From Planctomycetota bacterium (lineage in GTDB: Bacteria; Planctomycetota; UBA8108; UBA1146), in assembly GCA_028825265.1 (NCBI GenBank), contig JAPKAM010000003.1, positions 3,547 through 67,546 of the forward strand: a stretch of DNA of 64,000 nucleotides. Reading direction: 5' to 3'. The position numbers and the translations under genes are program-made. This document shows positions 62,351 through 64,000 of the stretch, piece by piece. Every line of letters begins with the position of its first letter. The first letter of the stretch is position 1. A model generated the notes under the pieces. The model was not told the DNA's origin, did not search any database, and worked only from the letters and a program-made list of their open reading frames with translations.

Positions 62351-62701
62351 TCAGGACTTTTCCCGTCGCTCCTGAGCAGCGACGCAGAGCCTGGTCCAGG
62401 GGACGGCTTCCAGGCGCGCGGTCGGAATCAAATCGCCCGTGTCCTCACAGACTCCGTACGTACCATCATCGATGCGCTTGAGTGCCTCATCAATCTCGTT
62501 GATCAGGCTGGTCTCACTTTGCATCGTGGATAGGGTCAGTTCGATCTCGAAGTTTTCAGAACTGAGATCACCTTCATCTCCACTGGACCCCCGACCCTCT
62601 CCATCGAGACTGGTGAGGTTTCCGGTCACGAGATTGCGCTGATGAAGTAGAACCCGCTTGAACGGTTCCATCTCTCTCTTGGTGTATTTCTTCTTGGCCA
62701 T
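62351..62701 (-). CDS. DksA/TraR family protein
   Basis: DEGDLS coiled-coil tip; ALKRIDDGTYGVCEDTG..RLEAVPWTRLC. Confidence 0.9.
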   Translation of the reverse strand: MAKKKYTKREMEPFKRVLLHQRNLVTGNLTSLDGEGRGSSGDEGDLSSENFEIELTLSTMQSETSLINEIDEALKRIDDGTYGVCEDTGDLIPTARLEAVPWTRLCVAAQERREKS

Positions 62702-62864
62702 CGGTTTCCGGCCTACTCTCCATGCAGTGTGAACTAGTAAAAACGCCTCGGATCCCGGCGGATCCGGTCTTAACGGCACGATCGACTCGGCACTCAGCCC
62801 CTGACCACTCTATGGGCATCCGGCTGGCCGAATCCCGGGCGACGGGATATCCTCCCAGTGGGTA

Positions 62865-63881
62865 ATGAAACCCCCCGGAAAGGCAGCGGATTCTATGAAC
62901 TGCGGCGGTTCCTCGCAAGGGCTCAAAGATGATCAATCCTCTCTTCCAGAAGTCCAGAGCTGGCTCGACTACCTGTTGGTCGAACGAGGTCTGGCAGCCA
63001 ATACCCTCGCAGCTTACCGCCGAGACCTGGTCGCCCTCGCCACCGCGGTCAGGCTTCAAGGGGTACAATTCCCCCATCAGGTGCAGATTCAACAGCTCCG
63101 GGAATACCTACAGGGCCTGATGGCCGCCGGGGCCAGCGCCAGCAGCCAGCGGCGTAGGATCTCCGCAATTCGTGGTTTTTTCCGCTTTTTGGTGCTCGAA
63201 AATCAACTCGATGAAAATCCCGCCGATCCGTTGGTCTTTCCACGACAACCGCAGCGATTGCCCCGAACCCTATCCATCGAAGAGGTCAATCGCTTGATCG
63301 AGGCCACCGCCGTGGACAATCCAGTAATGGCCCTGAGAGATCGAGCCATCGCTCAACTGCTCTACAGCTCTGGAATGCGAGTTTCGGAACTGTGCGGACT
63401 GCGCTGGAGAGATTTCAAGACCGAGGGCAAGTACCCGCTGGTTCGTTGCCATGGCAAGGGAGGCAAGGTCAGGCTGATTCCCATCGGAGATCGAGCCAAG
63501 GCGGCGGTGCAGGATTACCGGGCACACCTCGAGGCGGATGCACCGGCGCTGGTCGACCACCTGTTCGTTTCGACCACCGGCCGCCAGATTCACCGCAGAA
63601 GCGTCTACGCCCTGCTGGCCCGTGCGGCTCAGATCGCAGGGATCACTCAGGGGGTCAACCCACACCTTCTGAGGCACTCCTTCGCCACACATATCCTCGA
63701 AAACAACACGACTCTGCGTGAGTTGAAGATCCGCGAAGGCTCCGATTCGGTACCTGCAGATGCGCTACCTCACCTACAGCACCTACTGGGCCATGCCAGC
63801 ATCCACACCACCGAGATCTATACTCATGTCGATCGTGAGCAGTTGAAATCGGTACACTCGCGCCACCATCCTCGACCCTGA
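62865..63881 (+). CDS. xerD: Tyrosine recombinase XerD/XerC
   Basis: ERGLAANTLAAYRRDL, LYSSGMRVSEL, GKGGK, HLLRHSFATH, LLGH..TTEIY; start uncertain. Confidence 0.88.
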   Translation: MKPPGKAADSMNCGGSSQGLKDDQSSLPEVQSWLDYLLVERGLAANTLAAYRRDLVALATAVRLQGVQFPHQVQIQQLREYLQGLMAAGASASSQRRRISAIRGFFRFLVLENQLDENPADPLVFPRQPQRLPRTLSIEEVNRLIEATAVDNPVMALRDRAIAQLLYSSGMRVSELCGLRWRDFKTEGKYPLVRCHGKGGKVRLIPIGDRAKAAVQDYRAHLEADAPALVDHLFVSTTGRQIHRRSVYALLARAAQIAGITQGVNPHLLRHSFATHILENNTTLRELKIREGSDSVPADALPHLQHLLGHASIHTTEIYTHVDREQLKSVHSRHHPRP

Positions 63882-63944
63882 GATACGAACACTCGTATCG
63901 ACCCGAGGATCGGTTCTTTAACAATATTTTGATGGGCTGGTTGC

Positions 63945-64000
63945 TCAGGGCTTGAGGCAGCGAATCGAGGTGCGGCCGATCAGGATCGTATCTCCCGCTC
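63945..64000 (-). CDS. 3' end of a gene entering from beyond the window, possibly an FHA-domain C-terminus
   Basis: Hand translation AGDTILIGRTSIRCLKP-stop resembles the FHA GD.I.IG strand; only 17 residues visible. Confidence 0.35.
   Translation of the reverse strand, partial: AGDTILIGRTSIRCLKP

Noticed and set aside
62865..63881. Tyrosine recombinase as a prophage or island integrase
   Set aside because: Sequence is XerD-like, the upstream neighbours are housekeeping genes, and no att/tRNA or phage genes are visible.

Overview
A dense, mostly housekeeping bacterial chromosome segment of high GC content. A Planctomycetota origin is inferred from the FHA/Ser-Thr kinase signalling genes, the kdsB-pyrG-DUF1844 arrangement, the vWA/NHL proteins and the planctomycete-style dockerin tails. 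Recognisable genes: moeA, mobA, moaC, metG, pyrG, kdsB, queC, aroC, mutY, efp, mutL, folD, ald, nadD, asnS, metK, waaA, secA, pyrD, a DksA-like gene and xerD. No CRISPR array, tRNA, rRNA or IS element was seen. Highlights: (1) A selenoprotein pair that the ORF track splits at UGA codons. One is an AhpD/CMD-like CxxU protein (27906-28478). The other is a membrane-anchored coiled-coil protein (26163-27791) with two in-frame UGAs in a C-x2-C-x4-U-x6-U motif. Each UGA is followed by a SECIS-like hairpin, and the second UGA sits in the first hairpin. (2) Five tandem secreted proteins (46.4-54.4 kb), all ending in a dockerin-like domain. Four are otherwise built only of 3, 2, 2 and 1 cohesin-like repeats. 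(3) A candidate sigma54-dependent sRNA of about 106 nt at 18961-19067. (4) An FHA-TM-metzincin-CBM protein, a non-canonical EF-P loop, a PDZ-like insertion in a DAACS transporter, and a half SAM-I-like element upstream of metK. All calls were made by eye, with no database searches.
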